Source: Octopus sinensis (taxonomy: Eukaryota). From it: 64,000 nt of DNA. Position numbers and translations under genes: made by a program. The DNA lies in assembly GCF_006345805.1 (NCBI RefSeq), contig NC_043005.1, forward strand, positions 78,740,001 through 78,804,000, read 5' to 3'. How positions within the stretch are numbered: position 1 is the stretch's first letter; the number at the start of each line of letters is the position of its first letter. Positions 23,790 through 37,269 of the stretch are shown here, piece after piece. The notes below the pieces were generated by a model. It saw nothing but the letters and a program-made list of their open reading frames with translations, was not told the DNA's origin and did no database searches.

Positions 23790-24180
23790 TTTTATTCTTT
23801 TGTTTCAGACATTTGAATGAGGCCATGCTGGAGCACCGCCTTCGGACGAACAAATCGACCCCAGGACTTACTTTTTGTAAGCCTAGTACTTATTCAATCG
23901 GTGTCTTTTGTCGAACTGCTAGGTTACGGAGACGTAAAAACGCTAACATGGGTTGTCAAACAATGGCGTAGGGAAGAAGCACACGCGGAGTAAATATAAC
24001 AGGGGACAACTGATGAAGGGAATGTTCTTTATGTTGCATGACTTGTTTCTTTGTTTGTTTATTTCGTTGTACAAAAAAAGTTCGTTTTCTATATTTTCGC
24101 TTTTTATGTTCTCGTTTCTCATTCTGTGTACGTTTCTTTGATGTCCTGTACCCATACGTGTATGTATATATACATATATG

Positions 24181-24241
<61 letters not shown>

Positions 24242-24245
24242 TATA

Positions 24246-24294
<49 letters not shown>

Positions 24295-24452
24295 AGGCTT
24301 CTTTCAGCTTCCGTCTACCGAATCCACTCAAGAGTCTTTGGTCGGCCCGAGGCTATAGTAGAAGACACTTGCCGAAGGTACACGCAGTGAGAATGAACCC
24401 GGGACCATGTGTTTGGGAAACAAGCTTCTTCCCACTCAGCCACTCCTGCGTC
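23790..24452 (-). mobile_element. SINE family A split by repeat F and an expanded (TA)n
   Basis: 3' half at 23790-23965, 5' half at 24293-24452. Confidence 0.85.
23975..24155. repeat. Unclassified repeat F (possibly Penelope-derived)
   Basis: gacaactgatgaaggg...ttctcgtttctc...gatgtcctgtaccc; related to 32795-32905 and to the arms of the 7061-7215 palindrome. Confidence 0.55.
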
Positions 24453-24774
24453 TAGATGCATATATACATATTTTCGAAATCCATTTCAGAAAAGCTTCAC
24501 GAGCAACAAAGATTGTGCCATTAAACACTCTACATCGAAGTGGCTCAAAAATTGCAACACAAAATAATTTATATTTTGTGGGAGACACGATACCGGGACA
24601 AATGACATGCTATCCATAGAAAAGACTTCAGTCACCATCAATGAGGGTGGTTTGACTAGGTGTGCTTGCTTAAGTTCACTAGTTGCTGATCGCACGATAG
24701 AAACCCGGTACTTCGTTAGTAAGACCAGTAACGAGGTCGCCAACACTGGAAATCTGCTCACTCCATTCGTATTT

Positions 24775-25205
24775 TTTTATCTTTTATCTTTTGTTTCACT
24801 CATGTAAATGCAGCCATGCTGGGGCACTGAATTGAAAAATTGTTTTAGTCGAATAAATCGACTCCTATACATTGTTTAAAAGCCTGGTACCTTTTCTGTC
24901 AGTTTCTTTTGCCGAACCGCTAAGTTCCGGGGAAGTAACCACACTAACAGAAGTTGTCAAGCGGTGGTGGGACAAATAAAGGCATACGAAAACATACAAC
25001 CACAAACACACACGCTCGCGTATGCGGGTGTGCTCACACACAAACACATACGACAGGCCTCTTTGAGTTACTGTCTACCCAACCCTCTGACAAGAATTTG
25101 GTCGACCCGATGCCACAATAAAATACACTTGCTCAAGTTCCGCGCAGTGGGAATGAACCCGGAACTTTGTGGCTTGAAAGCAAACTTATTACTACACATC
25201 CACGT
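24775..25205 (-). mobile_element. SINE family A, diverged
   Basis: gccatgctggggcact...gccgaaccgctaagtt...aacttattactacacatccac. Confidence 0.8.
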
Positions 25206-25394
25206 CTGGGTCTATCTCTAAGCTTGCTTAATGTCGAGGTATTCCGTTACTAATTTTCCTGTATTTTATTGATAGATGCTCTGATGGTTAATTGTTACTG
25301 TGAAGACTCAATTCCACCTCAGCAACCACCAAACAAATAAAACACAAGAAATACAGCTCCGTAACGCACCGTTCCTTCTAGAGAAATGCCTTAA

Positions 25395-26222
25395 AAGGCG
25401 GCAAGCTGGTAGAAACATTAGCACGCCAGACAAAATGTTTAGTGTTGTTTCATCTGTCTACGTTCAGAGTTCAAATTCCGCCGAAGTCGATTTTACATTT
25501 CATCCTTTCGCGGTCGATAAATTGAGTACCAGTTGTGTACTGGGGTTGATCTAATCGACTGGCCTCCCCACCCTAGAAATGATGGGTCGTGTGCCTAGTT
25601 TAGAAAAGAATATATAAGGAGTAAAAAGCAGTGAGCTGGTAGAAACGTTAGCACGCCGGGCGAAATGCCTAGCGGTATTTCTTCTGCTACGTTCTGAGTT
25701 CAAATTCCGCCGAGGTCGACTTTGCCTTTCATCCTTTCGGGATCGATTAAATAAGTACTAGTTACGCACTAGGGTCGATGTAATCGACTTAATCCGTTTG
25801 TCTGTCCTTGTTTGTCCCCTCTGTGTTTAGCCCGTTGTGGGTAGTAAAGAAATAGGTATTTCGTCTATCTTTACGTTCTCGGTTCAAATTCAGCCGAGGT
25901 CGACTTTGCCTTTCATCCTTTCGGTTTGATAAATTAAGTACAAATTGTGTACTGGGGTTGTTCTAATTGACTGGCCCCCTCCCCGCAAAAAGAATATATA
26001 AGGAGTGAAAGGCAGCGAGTTGGCAGAAACATTAGCACGCCGGGCGAAATGCTTAGCAGTGCTTCGTCTGTCTACGTTCTGAGTTCAAATTCCGCCGGGG
26101 TTGATTTTGCCTTTCATCCTTTCAGGGTCGATAAATTAAGTGGCAGTTGCGTACTGGGGTCGATCTAATCGACTGGTCCCCTCCCCAAAAATTTCGGGCC
26201 TTGTGTGTAGAGTAGAAAAGAA
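25395..26222 (+). mobile_element. Cluster of family B SINEs (monomer, dimer, monomer)
   Basis: Heads at ~25395, ~25625 and ~26010; internal restart aaagaaatag|gtatttcgtc at ~25856. Confidence 0.9.
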
Positions 26223-26414
26223 ATTCCTTAAGTATCTCGGAGCAGTAATTTGAAGAATCTTAGCATTCTGGCAAATTTTAAGTAACATTTCACAGAAAGT
26301 TAAAGAGGAAGTTACTGGACAGGAACTTAGCCGAACATGAAAAAAAAAAAAAAAAGAAAACGAAAAACGAGACCGAAGATCACCGGTGTGTTTTCCATTT
26401 GTCTTCGATATCTT

Positions 26415-26810
26415 TATCGTTTTGTTGTTTCAGTCGACAGACTGTGGCCATGCTGGAGCACAGCCTTGAAGAAATTTTAGTTGAATGAATCGAACCCAGG
26501 ATCTATTCTCATCTCTTTAAGGCTGGTACTTACTCTATCAGTCTTGTATGCTAGAGCGCTAGTTGTAAAATCCCTAACACCGGTTGTCAAGGGGAGATGA
26601 GAACAAACACACACACACACACACACAGACACACACACATACACACAAAATGGGCTGCATTCTAAAAAATCTACTCGCGTGGCTTTGGTCGGCTCGAGGT
26701 TGTACCAGAAGACACACGCATAAAGAGCCATCCAATGGGACTGAACCCAAAGCTATGAGGCTGGGAAGCAAACATCTTACCACACAACACATCTTACCAC
26801 GCCTGCGCCT
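26415..26810 (-). mobile_element. SINE family A, diverged subfamily
   Basis: gtggccatgctggagcacagcc...gggactgaaccc...ttaccacgcctgcgcc. Confidence 0.8.
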
Positions 26811-27042
26811 ACACATGTTTCGATGAAGCCAATCAATAATCTATGTATTTTATATATATTGCGATTGTAGGGACCATGTACTAAGAACATCTCTACTATA
26901 CACATGCTGTTGCATTACTGAATATTGTGCACGAATAACGGGGCGTAGCATTCATACAAATAAGTTCAAATTCTAAGTAAATAATTATGGGTTATATCCG
27001 ATGCAAAAAACTTTAAAAAAATGATAAAATGTAAACATAAGA

Positions 27043-27344
27043 GCAGGTGTGGGTGAGTGATAAGAAATTTGCGTGCTAACCACATGACTCCGAGTTCAGT
27101 CTCACTCCGCGATACCTTAGGAAAGTGTCTTTTAATATATCCTCAGGCCGACCAAAGCCTTTGAGTGGATTTGGGAGACGAGAAATTTGATAGAAGCCTA
27201 TCGTGTATGTATGTATGTATGTATGTATGTATGTATGTATGTATGTATGTATGTATGTATGTATGTATGCATGTATGTATGTATGTATATATGTATGTAT
27301 GTATGTATGTATATACATATACATACACATACATACATACATAC

Positions 27345-27375
<31 letters not shown>

Positions 27376-27972
27376 TGGAGGCGCAATGGTCCAGTGGGCA
27401 GCGGACTCGCAGTCGTAAGATCGCGGCTTCGATACCCAGACCAAGCGTTGTGAGTGTTTATTGAGGGAAAACCTCTAAAATCTCCACGAGGCTCTAGCAG
27501 GGGGTGGGGGTGGAGAACCATGTTGTAACTCTTTCCCCACAATTTTCTCTCACTCTTTCTTTTATTGGCCTGCTCGTTTAGCCAGCGGGGTGGCGTCATT
27601 TGAAGGCTAAAACAATGCGAAGCGCCCAGTGACAAGCGATGTGTAGCAACATCTGATAGCCTGGTCGGTCACGGTGGTCAGGGTGATACAACACACACAC
27701 ACACACATACACACACACACACAAACACACACATACATATATATACACATATGTGTGTGTGTTTTTGTTTCCCTCTATCGCACGACAATCGGTGTTGGTG
27801 TTTATTTCGCTGTAACTTAGCGGTTCGACAAAAAATAAAAAAATAGAAGAAATACCAGACTTCAGAAATACAAAAAGACAGTACCGGGGCCGATTCTTTC
27901 GACTAAAATTCTTCAAGAGGGTGCTGCAGAATGGCCGCGGTCTAATGACTGAAACGAGCAAAAGATAAAAGA
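27043..27972 (+). mobile_element. SINE family A with expanded (TATG)n and a nested SINE D
   Basis: Head at 27043-27200, tail at 27700-27972 ending gactgaaacgagcaaaagataaaaga. Confidence 0.85.
27376..27690 (+). mobile_element. SINE family D with tail Y
   Basis: ggaggcgcaatggtccagtgg...gcgttgtgagtgtttattgag...ctggtcggtcacggtggtcagggtgata. Confidence 0.88.
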
Positions 27973-28775
27973 TTTGCTCTGATTACCAATAATGAGAGTG
28001 ATTGCTCTGTTCTCACCTTCACAGAGGACACCACACAAAAGGAACACCGTCATGCGCGCAAATCAAATATTATTATTCACATGATTGAATCAAATTGTCG
28101 TTGGTTATATGTTTTCAACAGGACAATCATTGATTGAGAATATCTCTGAAAGCGAGAGCGACACGAAAGCGTCTGCGACTCGGGACTTCGTTCGAAGATC
28201 ACCGGCGTGTGCTATATCCGTATCCGATATCCAGATTGTTGAATGAAATCAATTAATATTCTATAGAGGTTATGTATATTGTGCGTTTTGTCTGCTTCAA
28301 TAAAACTACTTTCCAATAATTATCGTATCATAGAAATAGTGAACAAAGCATGCGGTGAATCCTTTAAATATTACCATGAAAGGTCAATAACTTATTTAAA
28401 TAGCATAATGGCTTTGAAAGTAGGGAGTCTTCCGCCCAGTGATGTACGCACAACATTTTTCAACTATTAAAATTTCCTCTTTCTTTGCTGTTGCAGAAAG
28501 TAAACAAACTCAAACTCAAATAGAAAAAGAACTAGCGAAAATTCTTTGAGACTCTTAAAGGAAAGGCGTGATAATTCTTATAAATGATGAATATAATGCT
28601 TTAAAAATATGTACCTTGCTGTCAAGGTCTTATAAGTCGGAAACGTCTACAGCTGTAACCTCTTAAAAGTAATGGAGTTAATCGAGGTACGAAACGTGTT
28701 TATTTTCATTCTGTTAATGTCATTTAACAAAGGCAGTTAAATTACTGATATCTATTGCAACTATTTTCTATGAAT

Positions 28776-29175
28776 CTATTTCTTTATTACCCACAGGGGG
28801 CTAAACATAGACGGGAAAAATAAGGAAAAAGGGATTAAGTCGATTGCATCGGCCCCAGTGCGTAACTGATACTTATTTTATCGACACCGAGAGGATGAAA
28901 GGTAAAGTCGACCTCGGCGAAATTTGAACTCAGAATGTAACAGCGGATGAAATACCTATTTCTTTACTACCCACAAGGGGCTAAACACAGAGGGGACAAA
29001 CGGATTAAGTCGATTATATCGACCCCAGTACGTAACTGGTACTTATTTAATGGACCCCAAACGGATGAAAGGCAAAGTCGACCTCGGCGGAATTTGAACA
29101 CAGAACGTAACGACAGACGAAATACGGCTACGCATTTCGCCCGGCGTGCTACCGGTTCTGCAAGCTCGCCGCCTT
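28776..29175 (-). mobile_element. SINE family B dimer
   Basis: Head at 29175; junction gaaatac|ctatttcttt at ~28955. Confidence 0.9.
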
Positions 29176-29717
29176 CATATTTTCTATGTATCGTTGCATG
29201 GAAAAATAACAATGTGACAATGATAGTGTGAGGAGTTACTATAGACACCGAACTTGTATGATAGAGGACATTTATGATTATATATATGAGGTGGAAAGCT
29301 GGCGGAATCGTTAGCACGACAGACAAAACGCATACTAGCATTTCGTCAGTTTTTAATTTCTGAGTTCAAAACACGTCGGTGGGTGGTGTCGACTTTGATA
29401 AGCCCCAGTTGAGCGTCGGTGTCGATGTAACCGAACTATTCCAATTTCCAACCGAAACCCCACCAGCACAATACACACACAAACAAGAAATTGCTGGCCT
29501 TGTACCAAAATTTGAATCCATTATGACTACGTAATGCCAAAAGAGTGACCATTTTTAGCTAGACGTTAAAAATCATGCATGTAATCAGCATTTTAATGCT
29601 GAATAGGATATCATTTAGATTTTTTTTTATTTAGTATTTAGCGTTGAGAAATTTTGCGTGGGAAGGCACTGCATTCCTCGTTTACTGACGAACATACATT
29701 ATGGTTGATATATATAT

Positions 29718-29761
<44 letters not shown>

Positions 29762-29771
29762 TGTAAACACG

Positions 29772-29811
<40 letters not shown>

Positions 29812-30538
29812 TCATATTTACAAGCACATGCATATACAAAATCTCACATACACAGACGTGTATTCGTATACAAATTCTCGCACATTTACACACACATGTT
29901 ATAAATATATACTGGTACATGCATTTATACATTTGTCGTATACAATGTGTTTGTGGGCCTCACTGCCGAAACAACAATATCAGTGTATGTATGTATGTAT
30001 GTATGTATGTATGTACGTATGTATGTATGTATGTATGTATGTATGTATGTATGTATGTATGTGCGTATGTACGTGCATACGTATGTATGTATGCGTGTGT
30101 ATGTATCTATTTATGTATGTATGTGTGTGTATGTGCGTATGTGCGTGTATATGTGTATGTGTATTTCTATGTATGCATACATATACACACAAGCGTACAT
30201 ATGTACTTGCACGTACATATATAGTTCTAGACATAAGCACGTATATTCGTACTATATGTAAAATGTAGTTCTGCGTGTATGCAAGTATATATGTATGTGT
30301 GTTTGTTTGTTTGTCTGTCTGTCTGTATATATGTAGGTATATATATATATATATATAGATTTATATATATATATATATATATATCAATATATGCATAAAT
30401 ATATCTATTTACACATATAAGTGTATGTATATATATATATGCATACATTTATATAAAATAATATATATGTGTGTATATATGCATGCATATATAATATTGC
30501 ATATGTGTAAACGTCTGTGAAGTTACACACACATATGC

Positions 30539-30601
<63 letters not shown>

Positions 30602-31119
30602 GTCAGTGCACCCACGTATCCCTATCACTACGCATGCGTAAGTCTGGATATGCATTGCTATCTCTCTTTCCCTCGCTTCCTCTCTCATCTCTCTCTCTAT
30701 ATATATATATATATGCACACATGTATATAAACATATATATATACACACACACATATATACATATATATGCACACATACACATGGAAATATATACGTTTAT
30801 ATATATGCATATATACATATATACATATATATATATATATAAACACATATATAAGCATGCATGTATGTATCCGCATGTGTGTGCGCATGTGCATGTGTGT
30901 GTGCATCGACGCTCATGCGTGTGCGTTGATGCATTGCTGTTAACTTAGCTGCTGTCTTTTGTGAAGCCTGATTTCTGTTGCCAATGTCAAACAAAGGAAT
31001 TACGAGCCAAAACATTGTAAACACGTTCATTTACATATTGCTGACCGGTGAATAGCTTCAATGGATGTCTGAATGACTTGAATGAATGACTAATACTAAC
31101 AACAATAGCCTTAACAATA

Positions 31120-31312
31120 ACAAGAACAATACAAATCCCAACAACAATAATAATAATATAATAATATTAATAATAATAACAATAATGATGATGATAATAA
31201 TAATAATAATAATATAATAATAAGATAATATAATAACAATAATAATAATAATAAAATAATAATAATAATAATAATAATAATATTAATAATAATAACAATA
31301 ATAGTATTAGTC

Positions 31313-31346
<34 letters not shown>

Positions 31347-31443
31347 TTGTAATCTTAGTAGTCGTTGTAGTAGTAGTAGAGTAGTAGATGTATAATAATC
31401 AACACGATAATAGTTTCTACTAAATAAGCATAATAATAATAAC

Positions 31444-31496
<53 letters not shown>

Positions 31497-31615
31497 TGAT
31501 GATGATGATGATGATGATGATAATGATGATGATGATGATGATGATGACGATGATGATGATGATGGTGAGTATGATGATGATAAAACAACAACAGTAACGT
31601 TGAAAACAACACTAA

Positions 31616-31674
<59 letters not shown>

Positions 31675-32500
31675 TGATGATAATAATAAAAATAATAACA
31701 ACAATCAAATAATTATAATATTTTCCATAATAAAAAGTATGGCAATAGCAATCATAATAACAATAATAATAGTAAATTATATTAATAATAAATTATAATA
31801 ATAATAACAGAACACAAGCGGCGGTGGTTGTGGTGGTGGTGGTGTTGGTGTTGGTGGTGGCGATTATGTTGACGGAGTTGGTGAGGAAGGTAGTAATAGT
31901 GATGTTTGCGATGGTCGTATGGTAGTGGTGGTGGTGGCAGTAATTTTACTGGTGAATACGTGTATTGGGGGTAAAGATGGATAGTGGTGATGATGATTAT
32001 GTTGTTGTTGATGATGATGATGAGGAGGAGGAGGAGGAGGAGGAGGAGGAGAAGAAGGAGTGAAATAGGGATCATGATCATGATAATGCTGTTGATAATG
32101 ATGATGATGATGATGATGACGATGATGAGGAGGATAATGATGATCATGATCATGATGATGCTACTGATAATGATGATGATGACAGCGACGATGAAAATGA
32201 CGACGACGATCACGATGATGATGATGAGAATGGAAATGATGATGGTGTCTTTTTGTTGATGTTTATGCTGATGTTGATGATGTCGATGTCTTTGATGTTG
32301 TTCTTGATGCTGCTGCTGCTGCTGCTACTGTGATTTCCTTGATGATGATGATGAGGATGATGATGATGATGATGATGAGGATGATGATAATAATGATGGT
32401 GATGATGGTATTATTGATGATGATCATAATGATGATGATTATAATTATGAGGATTATAATTATGATGATGATGATCAGGATGATTATGAAAACAAACAAG
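31120..32500. repeat. Large compound trinucleotide block (AAT/GAT/TAG/GGT/GAG)
   Basis: Direct reading. Confidence 0.95.
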
Positions 32501-32918
32501 AGGGTCGTTAGATCAGAACGGGAGCAAATTAATGAACGCTCTGAGAAACAGTTTTTTGAAAAGAGAAAACATAGTAGAGTGAGAAAATAACGCCCGTGCA
32601 GGGAAAGAAAGATGGTCACGTGAGGAAAAGAAAGATGGACGATGGTCACGTGTGCGCAACGAGAGAGAGAGAAAGAAAGAAAGAGGGGAGAGAGAGAGAA
32701 AAAATGAAAGAGGTGAGAGAGAGAAATTTGTGAGAGCAACTGTCTTTGAAGACTCATATTGTCCTTCAATGCTCGAAATGACGATTAGATAGACAGCCGA
32801 CAACTGATGAAGGGCCCTTTCTTTGTGTTTAGTTGCTTTGTTTTCCATTTTTCTCGTTGTTTACGTATTTCCTGCTGTTTGAACCGTTGTGACATTCTGT
32901 ACCCGTATATATATATAT

Positions 32919-32950
<32 letters not shown>

Positions 32951-32954
32951 ATAT

Positions 32955-33029
<75 letters not shown>

Positions 33030-33272
33030 TGTGTGTGTGTGTGTGTGTGTGTATCTATGTATACACACCATTATTGTCAACCCATTTCATGATATCTTCT
33101 GGTGCTCATTCACACGTTTGTTGAGTTTTCCGTCTCGTCGGGAACTACTTCCCTGTTGAGATTTTGTTTTCAAACTACAATTCGAAGGGGTATACTTTCT
33201 CAAGAATTCTTTTAAGCATTTTGAAAGCCTGCTTATTAAGTGTTCAGACCGTTCCCTCCGCACAAAACTCAC

Positions 33273-33358
33273 CGTAATGTTTACGAGAAATTTTGATCTT
33301 CCTTTCTAATTTGTTTACACATGTGTACGAAATCCGTACAAGAATTAAAGGCAACCCC
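33273..33358 (-). CDS. Possible 86 nt internal exon
   Basis: (t)12-ctgaag acceptor, ACG|gtgagt donor, one open frame GLPLILVRISYTCVNKLERKIKISRKHY; no homology recognised. Confidence 0.25.
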
Positions 33359-34289
33359 CTTCAGAAAAAAAAAAACTTTTTATAGTAGTACTAGCTTAAA
33401 AGCCGCATTCATTGCGGACTTTTAGTCTAGTTCGTATGGAGGAATAATTGGGCCTGCGGCCCAAAACTAGACAGATCAATGATTATAAAGCATTTATTGG
33501 TACCCTACCAATATGATATTTCTTTAAATCCAGTTTAAATTAAAAACTTATAAATAGTTAAAATTTAAAATTTCAATTGTTAAAATACAACAAATCCCCA
33601 TCCAGACCTGATCCCAATGCTGGAGGTTAAAGAACCAAATGAAGGGCAGATTTTCAATCCTAGGATTATCCTGATTCCAAAGGGTTATAATATGTCTATG
33701 TACAGTGACTGGATACTGAGATACAGGGGTCCAGGGTTGACAACAGGATTTCGCATTTATTATTATAGAAGATCACACAACAAAAAGAACAAAAAGAAAA
33801 GAGAGAAAAGACAACGCAAAATATAAGAAGCTAATAACATTGAAAAGGCACGAGAAAAATAATGAGTTTGTGACAGAAAACTCTGAGAAATTTTCATCGA
33901 AACATTTACAGCGTAAAAGCAAAAAGCAATGGCGAGAACAATGTTTAATGACCATTTGACTGCAAAACAGTTTCTTCCGGCATTTCTTCCGGCATGGTAA
34001 CGATTCAACCAGATCGCCGCCGTAACGATCTTAATAATGGTTTCAAATTTTAGCATCAATCCCAGTAGCTTTTGAGGGGAAGGGCCAGTATTTGTCTGGC
34101 ATTTATCTTATATAAACCTGGAAAGAAATAATGGAAGGCTGTGTCGATCTCGGTGGCATTTAAACTCGGAAAGTAAAGACAGATGAATTACCGCTAAACA
34201 TTTTATTCGGCGCACTAACGACTCTTCCAGCTGCTTTTAACGATTATTAATTATTAAACAGAAACAACCAGGCCTGACTGAAACAATTA

Positions 34290-34827
34290 TTGGGTTGCCC
34301 GGAAAGTTCGTGCCGATTTTTAAAGGAAAGAAAAAGGTCAATAAACACTTGCCATTACATTTTCAATCTACCAAATATGGACCATTTTGTTGCACAATGC
34401 GTCTCCATCTTTCCTTTAACTCTTCTCAGAATTGAGGTAGTTTCATGGCCAAGAATTCATCAAGGTATCTTTTTAAGTCATCCAAGGAATTGAAATTTTT
34501 ACCAGTAAGACTATTCTTCAGAGACCTGAATAAGTGGAAATCTGAAGGAGCAATATCTGGTGAATATAGAGGGTGAGGTTACACTTCCCAGCCGAGCTGC
34601 AGCAATTTTTTGTCTGGTTCCCAAAGCATCAAGTGCAGAAAATGAATATTCTTATCTTCCATTTTAAAGGGTTACAAAATTAACACAGGTTATAGGAACA
34701 TAAACCTTCTTCCACGAAAAGATAGCTTAAATTGTGCTTCTAAATGGAGGTGTAGTCAAATCCTATTTTATGGACACAACCATGTTCAAGCTACTATAAA
34801 TCGGCATGAACTTTCCGGACAACCCAA
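34290..34827 (-). mobile_element. Internally deleted mariner transposon with both TIRs and TA TSDs
   Basis: TA-TTGGGTTGCCCGGAAAGTTCGTGCCGATTT ... AATCGGCATGAACTTTCCGGACAACCCAA-TA; minus strand encodes LGWEV*PHPLYSPDIAPSDFHLFRSLKNSL...RWRRIVQQNGPYLVD* (mariner YSPDLAPSD motif). Confidence 0.95.
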
Positions 34828-35149
34828 TATATTTCGAAAATAAGCTTTAATTTATGTTATCTAAATTAAAACTGTCTTGCAATAAAATGGCCATTTAAAC
34901 ATTTGATGTTACTGATCATTTTGTTCCTTTTTCTTCAAAAGGTGAAACAGTACGATTTGTTTAATAGATAAACGAGAGATTATCTATCATGTTTGATCTT
35001 TATAAATTCAATCAATCTTTGTACTGAGGACATTTTGAATTAATCCTCTTTTACAAGCTGCTGATTCGTGTGTTGTCTCTCGTCGGATAAAAATTTATGT
35101 TGTTGTTTACGTCTCAAAGACTGCGACGTTTTGGACGTCTAGGCACAAG

Positions 35150-36133
35150 GCTCAACATGTTTTTGTGGGGGAGTCAATTAGATCAACTTTAGTAAGCAAC
35201 TGGTACTTAATTTATCGAACCCAACAGGAGGAAAGGCAAAGCCGGCCCCGGCGGAATTTGAACTCAGAACGTAAAGACAGACGCAATACCTATTTCTTTA
35301 CTACTCACAAAGGGCTAGACACAGAGGGGACCAACAAGGACAGACGAACGGATTAAGTCGATTACATCGACCTCAGTGCGTAACTGGTACTTATTTACTT
35401 GACCCCGAATAGATGAAAGGCAAAGTCGACGTCGGCGGAATTTGAACTCAGAACGTAGCGGCAGACGAAATACCTATTTCTTTACTACCCACAAGGGGTT
35501 AAACACAGAGAGGACAAACAAGACAGACAAACGGATTAAGTCGATTATATCGAGCACAGTGCGTAACTGGTACTTAATTTATCGACCCCGAAAGGATGAA
35601 AGGCAAAGTCGACCTCGGCGGAATTTGAACTCAGAACGTAAAGGCAGACGAAATACGGCTACACATTTCGCCCGGTGTGCTAACGATTCTGCCAGCTCCC
35701 CGCCTTGTTAAAGTAAAAATATATCTTTCTTCACTAGGAACAAGGTTCGAAATTCTACACTAGGAACAATGTTCGGGGTACAGTAGATTAGATCGACCCC
35801 AGTACGTAGCTCGTACGTAATTTATCGACCCCGGAAGGATAACAGACGAAGTCAGCCTCGGCGGAATTATAACTCAGAACGTAAAGACAGAAGAAATACC
35901 CATTTCTTTAATACCCACAACGGGCTAAACACAGAAGGGACAAACAAGGACAGACAAACAGATTACGTCGATTATATCGACCCCAGTGCGAAACTGGCAC
36001 TTATTTAATCGACCCCGAAAGGATGAAAGGCAAAGTCGACCTCGGCGGAATTTGAACTCAGAACGTAACGGCAGACGAAATACGGCTACACATTTCGCCT
36101 GGTGTGCTAACGTTTCTGCCTGCTCGCTGCCTT
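35150..36133 (-). mobile_element. Tandem multimers of SINE family B (two heads, ~5 units)
   Basis: Heads at ~35706 and ~36133; ~170-185 bp units restart at gaaatacc[t/c]atttcttt (~35285, 35470, 35897). Confidence 0.92.
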
Positions 36134-36295
36134 AAGACGACAATATTATAACTAATGCATTATTATCCGCTTCTAATTTTAATATAATAATAAATTATAA
36201 TGACGAACAGACTTCAAAAGTTAATAGCAGGATGAATTTCCTAGAACGATACATGATAAATATTGATTTATGGTATTCTTTAAAAATTTTTTTTT

Positions 36296-36679
36296 TTTGT
36301 TTCAGTTATTTGACTGCGGCCATGCTAGAGCACCGCCTTTAGTCGAACAAGTCAATCCCAGGACTTATTCTTTGTAAGCATAGTACTAATTCCATTGGTC
36401 TCTTTTGCGGAATCACTAAGTTACGCGGTCGTAATCACACCAGCATAGGTTGTCAAGCGATGGTGGAGGGGGGTGCAAACACAGACACAAACACACACGC
36501 ACATACACACGCACATATATATTCGACGGGATTCTTTCAGTTTCTGTCTACCAAATCGACTCACAAGGCTTTGGCCGGCCCGAGCCTATAGTAGGGGACA
36601 CTTGCCCAAGCTGCCATGCAGTGGGACTGAACCCAGAACCATATGGTTGGTAAGCAAGTTACTTACCACACAGCCACTC
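36296..36679 (-). mobile_element. SINE family A, full length
   Basis: gactgcggccatgctagagcaccgcc...acttaccacacagccactc. Confidence 0.92.
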
Positions 36680-36719
36680 TTAATTTAAGATTGTTTCCGA
36701 TTTGGTTACAAAGTCAGCA

Positions 36720-37080
36720 ATATTAAGGGGTGGGGTGTTTGTTGATTTCATCGACTCCAGTTCTCGTCTGATACTTTATTTATCGACCCAGTGATGATGA
36801 AATGCAAATTTGATCTCGGTAGTAGTTGAACTACGAACAAAGAGTAGGAAGGAATGCTGTAAAATATTTTTGTCCGACACACCAGAGATTTTATTTGTTC
36901 ACCGTCTTTGTTAAGTTTTAGCACAGTGCAAGAGATTTTAGGGTGGGGATTAGTCGATTATACCTCACTCCCCGGAAGTGATGAAAGGCATAGTTAACCT
37001 CGGCGAAATTTGGACACAGAACGTAAATCACTCTTTTTAATCCGAAGAGCAAATGATACTGCCAGCTGACCGTCTTAACA
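36720..37080 (-). mobile_element. Two decayed family B SINEs
   Basis: ttatcgaccc...ctcggtagtagttgaact and ctcggcgaaatttggacacagaacgtaa. Confidence 0.6.
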
Positions 37081-37269
37081 CTTAATTTATTGAAGTGAGC
37101 GAAAACACACGCATCGTTTGCATACGTGCTGGTTTGCAACGTTTATATTACATGAGCAAAACACTAGAAACCAAGGAAGGTACTGTCTGAAGTTGGTGGC
37201 AGATGATTATGGGTTCTCGGACACATTGTACTTTGGTTCACTCCGTTTGGATTTGAAAGCCGCACATAA

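Noticed and set aside
28017-28246. Exons near 28.1 kb on either strand
   Set aside because: The minus-strand GT-AG candidate has stops in all frames; the plus-strand GQSLIENIS... candidate contains gaagatcaccgg.gtgt, also found at 26376, suggesting repeat origin
24005-32830. CTGATGAAGGG at ~24010 and ~32806 as hammerhead cores
   Set aside because: No correctly placed GAAA, stem III or cleavage triplet in either copy
33087-33272. GIY-YIG-like fragment (..KLNKRVNEH..)
   Set aside because: No YIG motif or other Penelope ORF residues; the similarity is limited to a few residues
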